Part shown: positions 42,988 through 49,959 of the stretch, one piece after another
Layout of the letters: each line of letters begins with the position of its first letter
How positions within the stretch are numbered: position 1 is the first letter of the stretch
Source of the DNA: Eubacteriales bacterium
GTDB taxonomy: Bacteria; Bacillota; Clostridia; Christensenellales; UBA1242
Reading direction: 5' to 3'
Assembly (NCBI GenBank): GCA_018384735.1
Contig: JAHAXB010000022.1
Location: forward strand, 1,936-65,935
Length of the DNA: 64,000 nt
The notes under the pieces: generated by a model
The model's input: the letters and a program-made list of their open reading frames with translations, nothing else
Database searches by the model: none
Told to the model about the DNA's origin: nothing
Position numbers and translations under genes: made by a program

Positions 42988-42991
42988 ATAA

Positions 42992-43176
42992 AATGTGCCA
43001 GTTTGGCACATTGTGTAAAATTTTGTCCGCCTATTTTGATTTGCCTTGAAATGAAGCGGCAAATTCAAAACTTAACGGCGGAGCAAAATTTTTTGACAAG
43101 AAAATCTGTGTGACTGTTTGGCACACATTAAACATGATTTTGACTTGAACGGGTCGTCGACTAACCGTGAAAGTCA
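42992..43176. repeat. cluster of inverted repeats in a 224-bp intergenic region (candidate ori or regulatory site)
   Basis: AATGTGCCA-gtt-TGGCACATT (42992-43012). Nested tccgcc..[tttgcc..ggcaaa]..ggcgga. GTGTGaC-tgttt-GgCACAC (43108-43126), which shares GTTTGGCACA with the first repeat. TGACTT-N24-AAGTCA (43141-43176). Confidence 0.4.
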
Positions 43177-43211
43177 TCTAAATAACATTAAAGGGAGGGT
43201 TTCCGTGAATT

Positions 43212-43808
43212 ATGGATACCAAAGTTGATAATGTCTTAAATTATATTCATCGTGAGTTGCCGGTCGAAAAGCAACGCAGAGCGTTGCTGAACCGACTGGC
43301 TTTTGAGTTCGGCATTCGCTTGCACGCACGCGATGTTGACGCGTACGCACGGCCGGCCGAGCGATATACTACTGATGATGACGATGGTGATTATAAAACA
43401 TGTGTTGAGGCGCTCGAGCAAGCCGAAAGAGAAAGTTACAAACATAAAATCGAGTTAGTAAAGCAAATTATTAACAAAGCCGGTAAAGAAGCTGAGTTAT
43501 TTGACTTTATGGCTCGTCCAAAAGAATTACACAAACTGTTGGATGTCTTAACCTATAGCCAAATCGGCCGATTAAACTTTTTCGGTCTGGGCCGTATGCT
43601 TCGAGTTGCTACGCAGGCAAGAGATTCTACCAATGCAACAGCGTATATTCTCACTAGTTACAAAAATTTAATCGATAGCAAAGATTATAAAGCCAAATGG
43701 GCTAAACAACGCGAAGCTGAACAAGAACATGAACGCGCAGAAAGTTTGGCTGAATTTGAGCGCCAACACCGTGAGGACCGGGAACTAGCCGGTGAGGAGG
43801 ACTTATGA
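43212..43808 (+). CDS. hypothetical protein (198 aa)
   Basis: ATG follows AAAGGGAGGG. Charged helical protein with no recognised motif. Confidence 0.55.
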   Translation: MDTKVDNVLNYIHRELPVEKQRRALLNRLAFEFGIRLHARDVDAYARPAERYTTDDDDGDYKTCVEALEQAERESYKHKIELVKQIINKAGKEAELFDFMARPKELHKLLDVLTYSQIGRLNFFGLGRMLRVATQARDSTNATAYILTSYKNLIDSKDYKAKWAKQREAEQEHERAESLAEFERQHREDRELAGEEDL

Positions 43809-44281
43809 CAAAAGAAAGGTTAAAAGAATTGATAAAGCAAGGGGCGACTATTTATTATACTTATGAGAATGGTTGCGTAAAAACAATAGATTTATCTTAT
43901 GGAATAAGTAAGTTTAAGATTGGAAAGAATTATGTTGAAAGAAAAATAATTGGAACGGGGTTTACTGAGCGGTATATTATCAATAAACTTTTTGAAAACA
44001 AAGAGCAAGCCGAATGGGTTTTGAAAACCTACGCCGAACGCACCGAACGATTTGAACCACCAATGTGGGAAGAGATTGAAAATCATTATGAATTTAATTT
44101 TATTAGTAATGGAACGCATTATTATTTGGCTGTATATAAACATAAAGATTGTAACGAAATTGATGTTGGCGAAATTTGTGGTAACACTTTATTTGTTAGA
44201 TTAGCCACCAAAGAAAACTATGAAAAAGCATGTGAGATTGTTAAAGAGTTGTTCTTGAAAGGCGGTGCCAAAAATGACTAA
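43805..44281 (+). CDS. hypothetical protein (158 aa)
   Basis: Start overlaps the upstream stop (ATGA). No recognised motif. Confidence 0.55.
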   Translation: MTKERLKELIKQGATIYYTYENGCVKTIDLSYGISKFKIGKNYVERKIIGTGFTERYIINKLFENKEQAEWVLKTYAERTERFEPPMWEEIENHYEFNFISNGTHYYLAVYKHKDCNEIDVGEICGNTLFVRLATKENYEKACEIVKELFLKGGAKND

Positions 44282-44480
44282 TGAAGATTTGGAAATATTG
44301 CGTATGCAAATTGATTTGTTAGGTTTTGCGCGACACGAATTAAAATTAAAATCGACAATTTGGGATGAAATCGCAGTTTTGGAAACCAAAGAATCAATAA
44401 AACAATTTATCGAAAATCACGGCTGGTCAAAATTGTATGCAGAATACAAAAACAAAAAAGCGAGTTTGGAGGTAAAATGA
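44265..44480 (+). CDS. hypothetical small protein (68-71 aa)
   Basis: The start could be GTG 44265 or ATG 44274. Translationally coupled to its neighbours. Confidence 0.45.
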   Translation: MPKMTNEDLEILRMQIDLLGFARHELKLKSTIWDEIAVLETKESIKQFIENHGWSKLYAEYKNKKASLEVK

Positions 44481-44719
44481 TTAAAGTTTATTACAAAGGC
44501 AAAAAGGAACGCGTGAATATTAATGGTCCAAAAGAGGAGTGCAGTGACCAAATTGCCGATTTGGTTAAATGTATGGCGCTAACTGATTCGTCTGTAATCT
44601 ATGATATCATGGGTGCGCTGGCGCATTGTTACACCAAACAAGAACTATACGATCACGTGGATTTTGCTTATAAAGATTGCGAATTCCTATATCCAAATTT
44701 TAAGGAGTTAACCAAATGA
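44477..44719 (+). CDS. hypothetical small protein (80 aa)
   Basis: Start overlaps the upstream stop (ATGA). SD is GGAGG. Confidence 0.5.
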   Translation: MIKVYYKGKKERVNINGPKEECSDQIADLVKCMALTDSSVIYDIMGALAHCYTKQELYDHVDFAYKDCEFLYPNFKELTK

Positions 44720-45336
44720 AAGATTGGAACGGAAACGGTAACTCGATTTACAAAACACTTGGTGCAAGCAATCACACCGACAAAGAACGTGAAGAAAACG
44801 ATTACTACGCCACTGACCCGGTCGCGATTGATAAATTGTTAAAGGTTGAAAAGTTATCATACACAGTTTGGGAGTGTGCCTGTGGTGCTGGTCATTTGTC
44901 AAACAGATTGAGAGAACATCATCATATGGTTTTTGAAAGTGATATTATAAAACGTGTTAAAGATTCTGGACTGTTTGCATTTTACGATTTTTTAACAATA
45001 ACAAAATCAAGTGTACACATTGAAGATTTTGACATTGTAACCAACCCACCATACAAATACGCCAAAGAGTTTGTTTTGAAAGCGTTAGATTTGGTTGAAC
45101 CAGGACATAAAGTTTGTATGTTTTTGAAACTGACATTTTTAGAGGGGAAAGCACGACTTCAAGAATTATTTAGCAAATACCCACCGAAAAAGATTTGGGT
45201 GTTTTCTGAAAGAGTTATGTGCGCCAAAAATGGCAACTTTGAGGGGATGCGAGCTGGTGGCGGTTCGGCCGTGGCGTATGCTTGGTTTATTTGGGAAAAA
45301 GGCTACAAAGGTGAAACCACAATTGGTTGGCTTTAA
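44716..45336 (+). CDS. orphan N6-adenine (or N4-cytosine) DNA methyltransferase
   Basis: ECACGAGHL (SAM motif I) and IVTNPPYKY (motif IV NPPY). No adjacent nuclease gene. Confidence 0.7.
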   Translation: MKDWNGNGNSIYKTLGASNHTDKEREENDYYATDPVAIDKLLKVEKLSYTVWECACGAGHLSNRLREHHHMVFESDIIKRVKDSGLFAFYDFLTITKSSVHIEDFDIVTNPPYKYAKEFVLKALDLVEPGHKVCMFLKLTFLEGKARLQELFSKYPPKKIWVFSERVMCAKNGNFEGMRAGGGSAVAYAWFIWEKGYKGETTIGWL

Positions 45337-45364
45337 TTAAGATTTGTGATATAATGCAATATCA

Positions 45365-45396
45365 AACTACGGCAACCCACGGGCCCGTAGTTTTTT
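45365..45396 (+). terminator. rho-independent terminator after the methyltransferase gene
   Basis: aactacgg-N12-ccgtagtt hairpin followed by a T run. Confidence 0.6.
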
Positions 45397-45404
45397 ATTG
45401 TGTA

Positions 45405-45433
45405 TTGACATTGTATATACATTGTGTTATATT
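45405..45433 (+). promoter_or_regulatory. TA-module promoter with an embedded palindrome
   Basis: TTGACA (45405-45410), 17 nt, TATATT (45428-45433). The spacer contains the perfect palindrome TGTATATACA and a CATTGT direct repeat. Confidence 0.6.
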
Positions 45434-45463
45434 GCATATAATAATAAAAGGGGGAAAACAAAA

Positions 45464-45727
45464 ATGGCTGTTATCAATGTTAGAACTGACGAAAGGGTAA
45501 AAGAACAAGCAACGCAGGTCTTTGACGCGTTGGGCTTGGATATGTCGTCGGCAGTTAATATCTTTTTGAAAAAATCAATTATGGAGCAAGGTATTCCGTT
45601 TGAATTAAAATTAGAAATACCGAATACTACAACCATTAAAGCAATGCAAGAAAGTGACGAAATGGTAAAAAATGGTTGTGACGGTTACAGCAATTTGGAC
45701 GATATGTGGAGTGCATTAAATGTATAA
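45464..45727 (+). CDS. DinJ/RelB-family antitoxin
   Basis: MAVINVRTDERVKEQATQVFDALGLDMSSAVNIFLKK ribbon-helix-helix. ATG follows AAAGGGGG. The upstream part of the track ORF is discarded. Confidence 0.8.
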   Translation: MAVINVRTDERVKEQATQVFDALGLDMSSAVNIFLKKSIMEQGIPFELKLEIPNTTTIKAMQESDEMVKNGCDGYSNLDDMWSALNV

Positions 45728-45995
45728 AGTTAATTTCACTAATCAATTCAAAAAAGATTTGAAATTAGCCCAATCACAAGGCAAGGATATGAACAAACTA
45801 AAAGAAGTTGTTGATATGCTGGCTAATGGTAAGGAATTGCCCGCAAAATACCGCGATCACAATTTAGTTGGTGTTTATAGTTCATTTCGTGAATGCCATA
45901 TTATGCCTGATTGGTTGTTGATTTACAAAATTTATGATGACGAACTAATTTTATTGCTAAACCGTATCGGTAGCCACTCGTCTTTATTCAAATAA
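45720..45995 (+). CDS. YafQ/RelE-family mRNA interferase toxin
   Basis: FKKDLKLAQSQGKDMNKL...YRDHNLVG...RECHIMPDWLLIYKI...LLLNRIGSHSSLF. It overlaps the antitoxin gene by 8 nt. Confidence 0.8.
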   Translation: MYKVNFTNQFKKDLKLAQSQGKDMNKLKEVVDMLANGKELPAKYRDHNLVGVYSSFRECHIMPDWLLIYKIYDDELILLLNRIGSHSSLFK

Positions 45996-46085
45996 TTAAA
46001 AAACCCTGCGAACATGACAGGGCTTCCTTGTTTTTTTATGGTTAAAATGTGCAAATTCTTCTGTGTGTGCAATTTCTGCAAAAAT

Positions 46086-46106
46086 TTTGGGTCAAAATTT
46101 GGGTCA
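46086..46106 (+). repeat. tandem TTTGGGTCA repeats (candidate integrase arm sites, right arm)
   Basis: TTTGGGTCA at 46086 and 46098, with the same 12-bp spacing and orientation as 30596/30608. The surrounding 40 bp or so resemble the left arm. Confidence 0.45.
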
Positions 46107-46194
46107 GATTTTTGAATAATTGCAAAAACCGCAATATATAGTGGTTTTAAGGGTAATTTTTGTTACATTTTGTAGTGTCAAAAATTCTCTGTTG

Positions 46195-46244
46195 GACTGA
46201 AAATCTCTGTGTCCGTGGTTCGATTCCGCGCGAAGGCACCAAAC
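46195..46244 (+). repeat. attR core (duplicated 3' part of tRNA-Phe)
   Basis: 50/50 identity with 30474-30523. No 5' tRNA half lies upstream. Confidence 0.85.
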
Positions 46245-46270
46245 AAAAAAACTAAATCAGCCCGGAAAAA

Positions 46271-46297
46271 ATCGCCAAAATGTTTTGGCGATTTATA
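46271..46297 (+). terminator. original host terminator of tRNA-Phe
   Basis: atcgccaaaa-tg-ttttggcgat perfect hairpin followed by a T-rich tract. Confidence 0.55.
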
Positions 46298-46326
46298 TTG
46301 CAATCGAATGTGGTTTATGTTAAGAT
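46298..46326 (+). promoter_or_regulatory. sigma70-type promoter with leaderless geometry (1152-aa gene)
   Basis: TTGCAA (46298-46303), 17 nt, TAAGAT (46321-46326). The ATG at 46333 lies 6 nt after the -10. Confidence 0.45.
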
Positions 46327-46332
46327 TGTAAC

Positions 46333-49300
46333 ATGGCAGAAAAAGAAACACTGATTCAAAAATTTGCGAAAAAGCATTTTACTAACACCCCATCTCATAT
46401 GTTGCGTTCGATTAGTGTTGGTAAGTTCTTGCATAGCTATTTTATGCCAGATACAGAAGTTCCGGAAAATCCAGCGACACTGTTAAATGAAACTTACACT
46501 GCCATGTCATCCAATGAACAAGATTTTTCTGACGAAAGTTTTGTTCGCGTGATGCTCGGTTATATCAATCAAGAACCAGCTTTGGTAACCTTTGATATGA
46601 TTGCCGACTTGCTTGAAAGCGATGCTTATAAGCAATTTGGTCGTGAGGGTAATGATAGAAATCTTAAAGACCAATTTGAAAATTGGCTTGTGAATGGATC
46701 AATGTTGTCGCATCTTGATTTGTTATCCAGTTACGAAGTTTTTTACAATCTTAACAGCATCAAACGTACCGCTGCCGCTTTGAGACAGGGAGGTTTCCGT
46801 GAACATGCCGAATACATTAATCAAATTGATCAACAAGTTGAAAATAAGAAACAAGAGTTTGATGAAACATTCGTTAATCATGCCGACGCCGATGGTTTTG
46901 AAAAATTGAGCATGATTGTTAAAGATCACAATCTTAATTATGTCGATAAATTAAAAAGCATCTATAATGTTTTGTGCGATGAGGAACACACCAATTTCTT
47001 TGCCAACAGCTTGGATGCAATTACGATGGGTGCTGACAAATCACAGACCCGTATTGCGATGATTGAGGGCGCTGTCTTAACCGCGAATAAAATTTTATAC
47101 GCTTATGCCAAGCGTAAAGGTTTAACTAAGGAACAATTCAAACAATTATATTTAAAGTTTAAAGTTGACGAACGCGCTGAACAATTTGAAGAACATGCAG
47201 CTCAGTTAGGTGCGATGCAGGAAAATGCAGCTAAACATGAAACACAAAGTAACAATGGACAAAGTGCAAGTGTCAATTCAGCCCAAGTTTTTGAAACTGT
47301 AATACCAGATGAAACTAGTGATGAGTTAGCTGATGAACAACCGAAACACGGTAATCGTCCGCAAGTTAAATTTAATCCGGTCTTTGATGTTGTAAAAACG
47401 TTTGGCGTTACTTTGGGCGGTGCTACGGCGATTTCCGCGATTAGCGCTATCCCCGGTGTTGGTTCATTGGTTGGCCCAGTATTAGGAATTACAACAGTAA
47501 TTTCAGCCGGTATCACATCTGGTCTTGCTAATTTACATAAAGCCAAGGCGGAAGCAAAAGCGCGTGGCGAAAAATTGAAAAAAAGTGATGGTGCTAAAAT
47601 TGCCTTAAAGACTGGTATTGCGATGATGGGCAAAGCGACTCCTTATGCATTAGCTATGGCGCTTGGACCAAAATGGCGTGCCGTTGGTGCCGGCTTGGTA
47701 ATGATTAAAACAACCTTCCGCGACCTTGAACGCCGTGCAAATTTACAACGCGAGGCCGTAGAGCAAATCGAAGCGCAATCGGCTGAACAACCCAAGGGTA
47801 TCCGTGCACGCTTAGAAAATTTCCTTGAACGTTGTAAAAATGTTGTTCACAATGTAAAGAAATCCGATGTCGCAAAATCAGTGGCATATGGTTTAGGCAA
47901 AGGAGCAGCGGTTTATCTTGGTGGTCAAGTTGGACGCGAATTAGGAACTGCGATTGGTTCCAATGTTTCATTTGATCATCGTGATGGCTTGAGTATGCAT
48001 GTTGATACTGCCCAAGTGAAAGAAGATTTTTCCGAAACTAAGGTGGGCAGGTTTATTGGTAATGCTGCCTTGAAAGGTGCGGAATTGGCGAACGCTGTGA
48101 CCGATAAAGTATTAAACAGCCAAAACAACTTTGATTTGAATTCGGCGAACGCGGAACATTTGGATAACTTGGGCAAGATTGAATTGACCGAACACGCGCG
48201 TGCTACGGCGTATATGGAGAACCACCGTCAATATGTAGACGGAGTACAACATGATTGGTATAACGCGAAACAACAAAACGCTGCGATTGAAACATTGGAA
48301 AAAGCTGGCGTCGATGATCCGTATGGTGTTTTGCGTAAACTTGGCAGTATGTCGCGTTTTGAACAAGCGGGTGAAATTGAAAACGGCGGCTTCCAAGAAA
48401 CTTTGCATAATTTGCAGCATGGTACTTTAAGCAATCAGGATGCGGAAAATATTTTTGAATCTTTGGAGCGTATTAACGAACAAGGCGGATTGCGCGAAGG
48501 ATTAACTCAAGTACCAAACCAACAACCAACCATTTTGGCACAAGATACCGTTCCCGGACAGCGTGTTGATGATGGTCGTCCGTTTACAAAAATTACCGAT
48601 TCTGAACCAATCGCGAAAATTACTGATGATTATGTTGGTAACACCGTTGGTAATGATCGTTTCAGTGGTAAGGAATATGCTAACGTAATCTCGACCGTTA
48701 AGGCGATGGATGACTATACCGGTTCGCGTGTTGATACTGACCGCTTGAACGATGAAAGTTATTTTGGCGAAACCGTAACCGCAGAAAATGATATCTTGCC
48801 GGATGGTCGCAGTGTAGGGGACGATCGTGAGTTTAATTATCAAATGGATGAAGTGGTGGCACCGGCAGAAGACACAGCGGTTGAAGAAGATAGTAAATTG
48901 ACCACGATTAACGAAGATCAATTTACCAGCGGCATGAAAGACGAAGAGGTTGTCAGAGAAGAACCTTTGGAAGCTGGCTCTTCGGTTGGTAATAACCGTT
49001 TCAGTGAAATGCCTGTTGATACGCAAGAATTGGCGGACGAGACAATGAATGATGCTACTACAATCGCAGATGGAGCAGCTCCGGTTTTGGCCGATGATGG
49101 CAGTTACGCTTCCGAGGTGTATCGTGATTTAGTCGCAAAATGTACATATACTGGCACTACCGTTGACGGCAGTTATAGTTTCACCGATAGCGACGGAACT
49201 TATTATGAAATTAACCCGATTACTAATGAATTACACATTGACCGTTTTGCTGTTAATAGTGGTAGTGAAGTTAGTGCAAAAGTTGATTTAAGTTACGGTA

Positions 49301-49791
49301 ACGAACCTGACCAATCAAGTTTGATGGCACACTCAATCGAAGTGGGTAAACTTTCTCAAGAATTGCAAAATGTACCTGCGGGCAGTAAAGCAGCTGGAAT
49401 TTTGAGCGAAAAAATTGCTGCGCACGAAATTTTGAGTAATAGTGACAGTTCCTTCGTTGAACGTCAACGCGCAATGGTGCGCTTGGAACAATTGGACGCT
49501 GAGCAAAGCCTCGGAGTAGATAACAGTGTTGATAGTATTGCGACCGCGGTTGCTGAACCAGTGGTTGAAGAACCAACGATTAAAGAAGAGGTGGTTGAAG
49601 AACCGGTAATTACTGAACAAAACGAAGTTTTTGATGACGCGCCGGTCGAAAATAACGAACAACCCGCAATGTCAAACGATACGACCGAAACGGAAAAATT
49701 GTCAGAATTCAAACCAGGATTGTTTGACTTTATGCCCAAAACACCAACATTTGGTAATGGCAAATTTGTTGACTTTGGTTGGGATAAATAA
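46333..49791 (+). CDS. large hypothetical membrane protein (1152 aa) with an acidic repeat-bearing C-terminal half
   Basis: Central Gly/Ala-rich hydrophobic segments (FGVTLGGATAISAISAIPGVGSLVGPVLGITTVISAGITSGL; ALAMALGPKWRAVGAGLVMI). The C-terminal half has five or more copies of a V(G/D)xDR(F/L)-type motif. Confidence 0.6.
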   Translation: MAEKETLIQKFAKKHFTNTPSHMLRSISVGKFLHSYFMPDTEVPENPATLLNETYTAMSSNEQDFSDESFVRVMLGYINQEPALVTFDMIADLLESDAYKQFGREGNDRNLKDQFENWLVNGSMLSHLDLLSSYEVFYNLNSIKRTAAALRQGGFREHAEYINQIDQQVENKKQEFDETFVNHADADGFEKLSMIVKDHNLNYVDKLKSIYNVLCDEEHTNFFANSLDAITMGADKSQTRIAMIEGAVLTANKILYAYAKRKGLTKEQFKQLYLKFKVDERAEQFEEHAAQLGAMQENAAKHETQSNNGQSASVNSAQVFETVIPDETSDELADEQPKHGNRPQVKFNPVFDVVKTFGVTLGGATAISAISAIPGVGSLVGPVLGITTVISAGITSGLANLHKAKAEAKARGEKLKKSDGAKIALKTGIAMMGKATPYALAMALGPKWRAVGAGLVMIKTTFRDLERRANLQREAVEQIEAQSAEQPKGIRARLENFLERCKNVVHNVKKSDVAKSVAYGLGKGAAVYLGGQVGRELGTAIGSNVSFDHRDGLSMHVDTAQVKEDFSETKVGRFIGNAALKGAELANAVTDKVLNSQNNFDLNSANAEHLDNLGKIELTEHARATAYMENHRQYVDGVQHDWYNAKQQNAAIETLEKAGVDDPYGVLRKLGSMSRFEQAGEIENGGFQETLHNLQHGTLSNQDAENIFESLERINEQGGLREGLTQVPNQQPTILAQDTVPGQRVDDGRPFTKITDSEPIAKITDDYVGNTVGNDRFSGKEYANVISTVKAMDDYTGSRVDTDRLNDESYFGETVTAENDILPDGRSVGDDREFNYQMDEVVAPAEDTAVEEDSKLTTINEDQFTSGMKDEEVVREEPLEAGSSVGNNRFSEMPVDTQELADETMNDATTIADGAAPVLADDGSYASEVYRDLVAKCTYTGTTVDGSYSFTDSDGTYYEINPITNELHIDRFAVNSGSEVSAKVDLSYGNEPDQSSLMAHSIEVGKLSQELQNVPAGSKAAGILSEKIAAHEILSNSDSSFVERQRAMVRLEQLDAEQSLGVDNSVDSIATAVAEPVVEEPTIKEEVVEEPVITEQNEVFDDAPVENNEQPAMSNDTTETEKLSEFKPGLFDFMPKTPTFGNGKFVDFGWDK

Positions 49792-49800
49792 TCGGTAAAG

Positions 49801-49835
49801 AAACCGCTCATTGAAAAATTGGGCGGTTTTTCTTT
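49801..49835 (+). terminator. rho-independent terminator
   Basis: aaaccgc-N15-gcggttt hairpin followed by a T-rich tract. Confidence 0.55.
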
Positions 49836-49857
49836 GTTGATTTTTTGTAAAAAGTGT

Positions 49858-49886
49858 TTGACATTGGTATGAAAATATGATATTTT
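49858..49886 (+). promoter_or_regulatory. putative rpoBC promoter
   Basis: TTGACA (49858-49863), 17 nt, TATTTT (49881-49886). A leader of about 70 nt precedes the AAGGAAGG SD. Confidence 0.4.
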
Positions 49887-49959
49887 TTTTCATTGTGTAA
49901 TTTTGACTGGGCGGATTGAAATAAAGCCCGGCAAAAAATATATTATAAGGAAGGTAAAA

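Larger units (their letters stand above)
30474..46244. mobile_element. 15.7-kb integrative element (prophage-like, non-tailed) inserted in tRNA-Phe
   Basis: Bounded by a perfect 50-bp direct repeat. An integrase and a repressor sit at the tRNA-proximal end and a TA module at the distal end. Composition is visibly more AT-rich than the flanks over 32.6-35.6 kb. Confidence 0.8.

Noticed and set aside
30474-46244. Considered a retron, DGR, PICI-like satellite or ICE/IME interpretation of the element.
   Set aside because: No reverse transcriptase, primase/Rep-terS module, relaxase, coupling protein or VirB4-like gene could be recognised. A remote homologue among the hypothetical proteins cannot be excluded without HMM searches.
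49903-49959. TTG-initiated 19-aa N-terminal extension of rpoB given by the ORF track.
   Set aside because: ATG 49960 is preceded by AAGGAAGG at ideal spacing, and the extension has no homology to RpoB N-termini.
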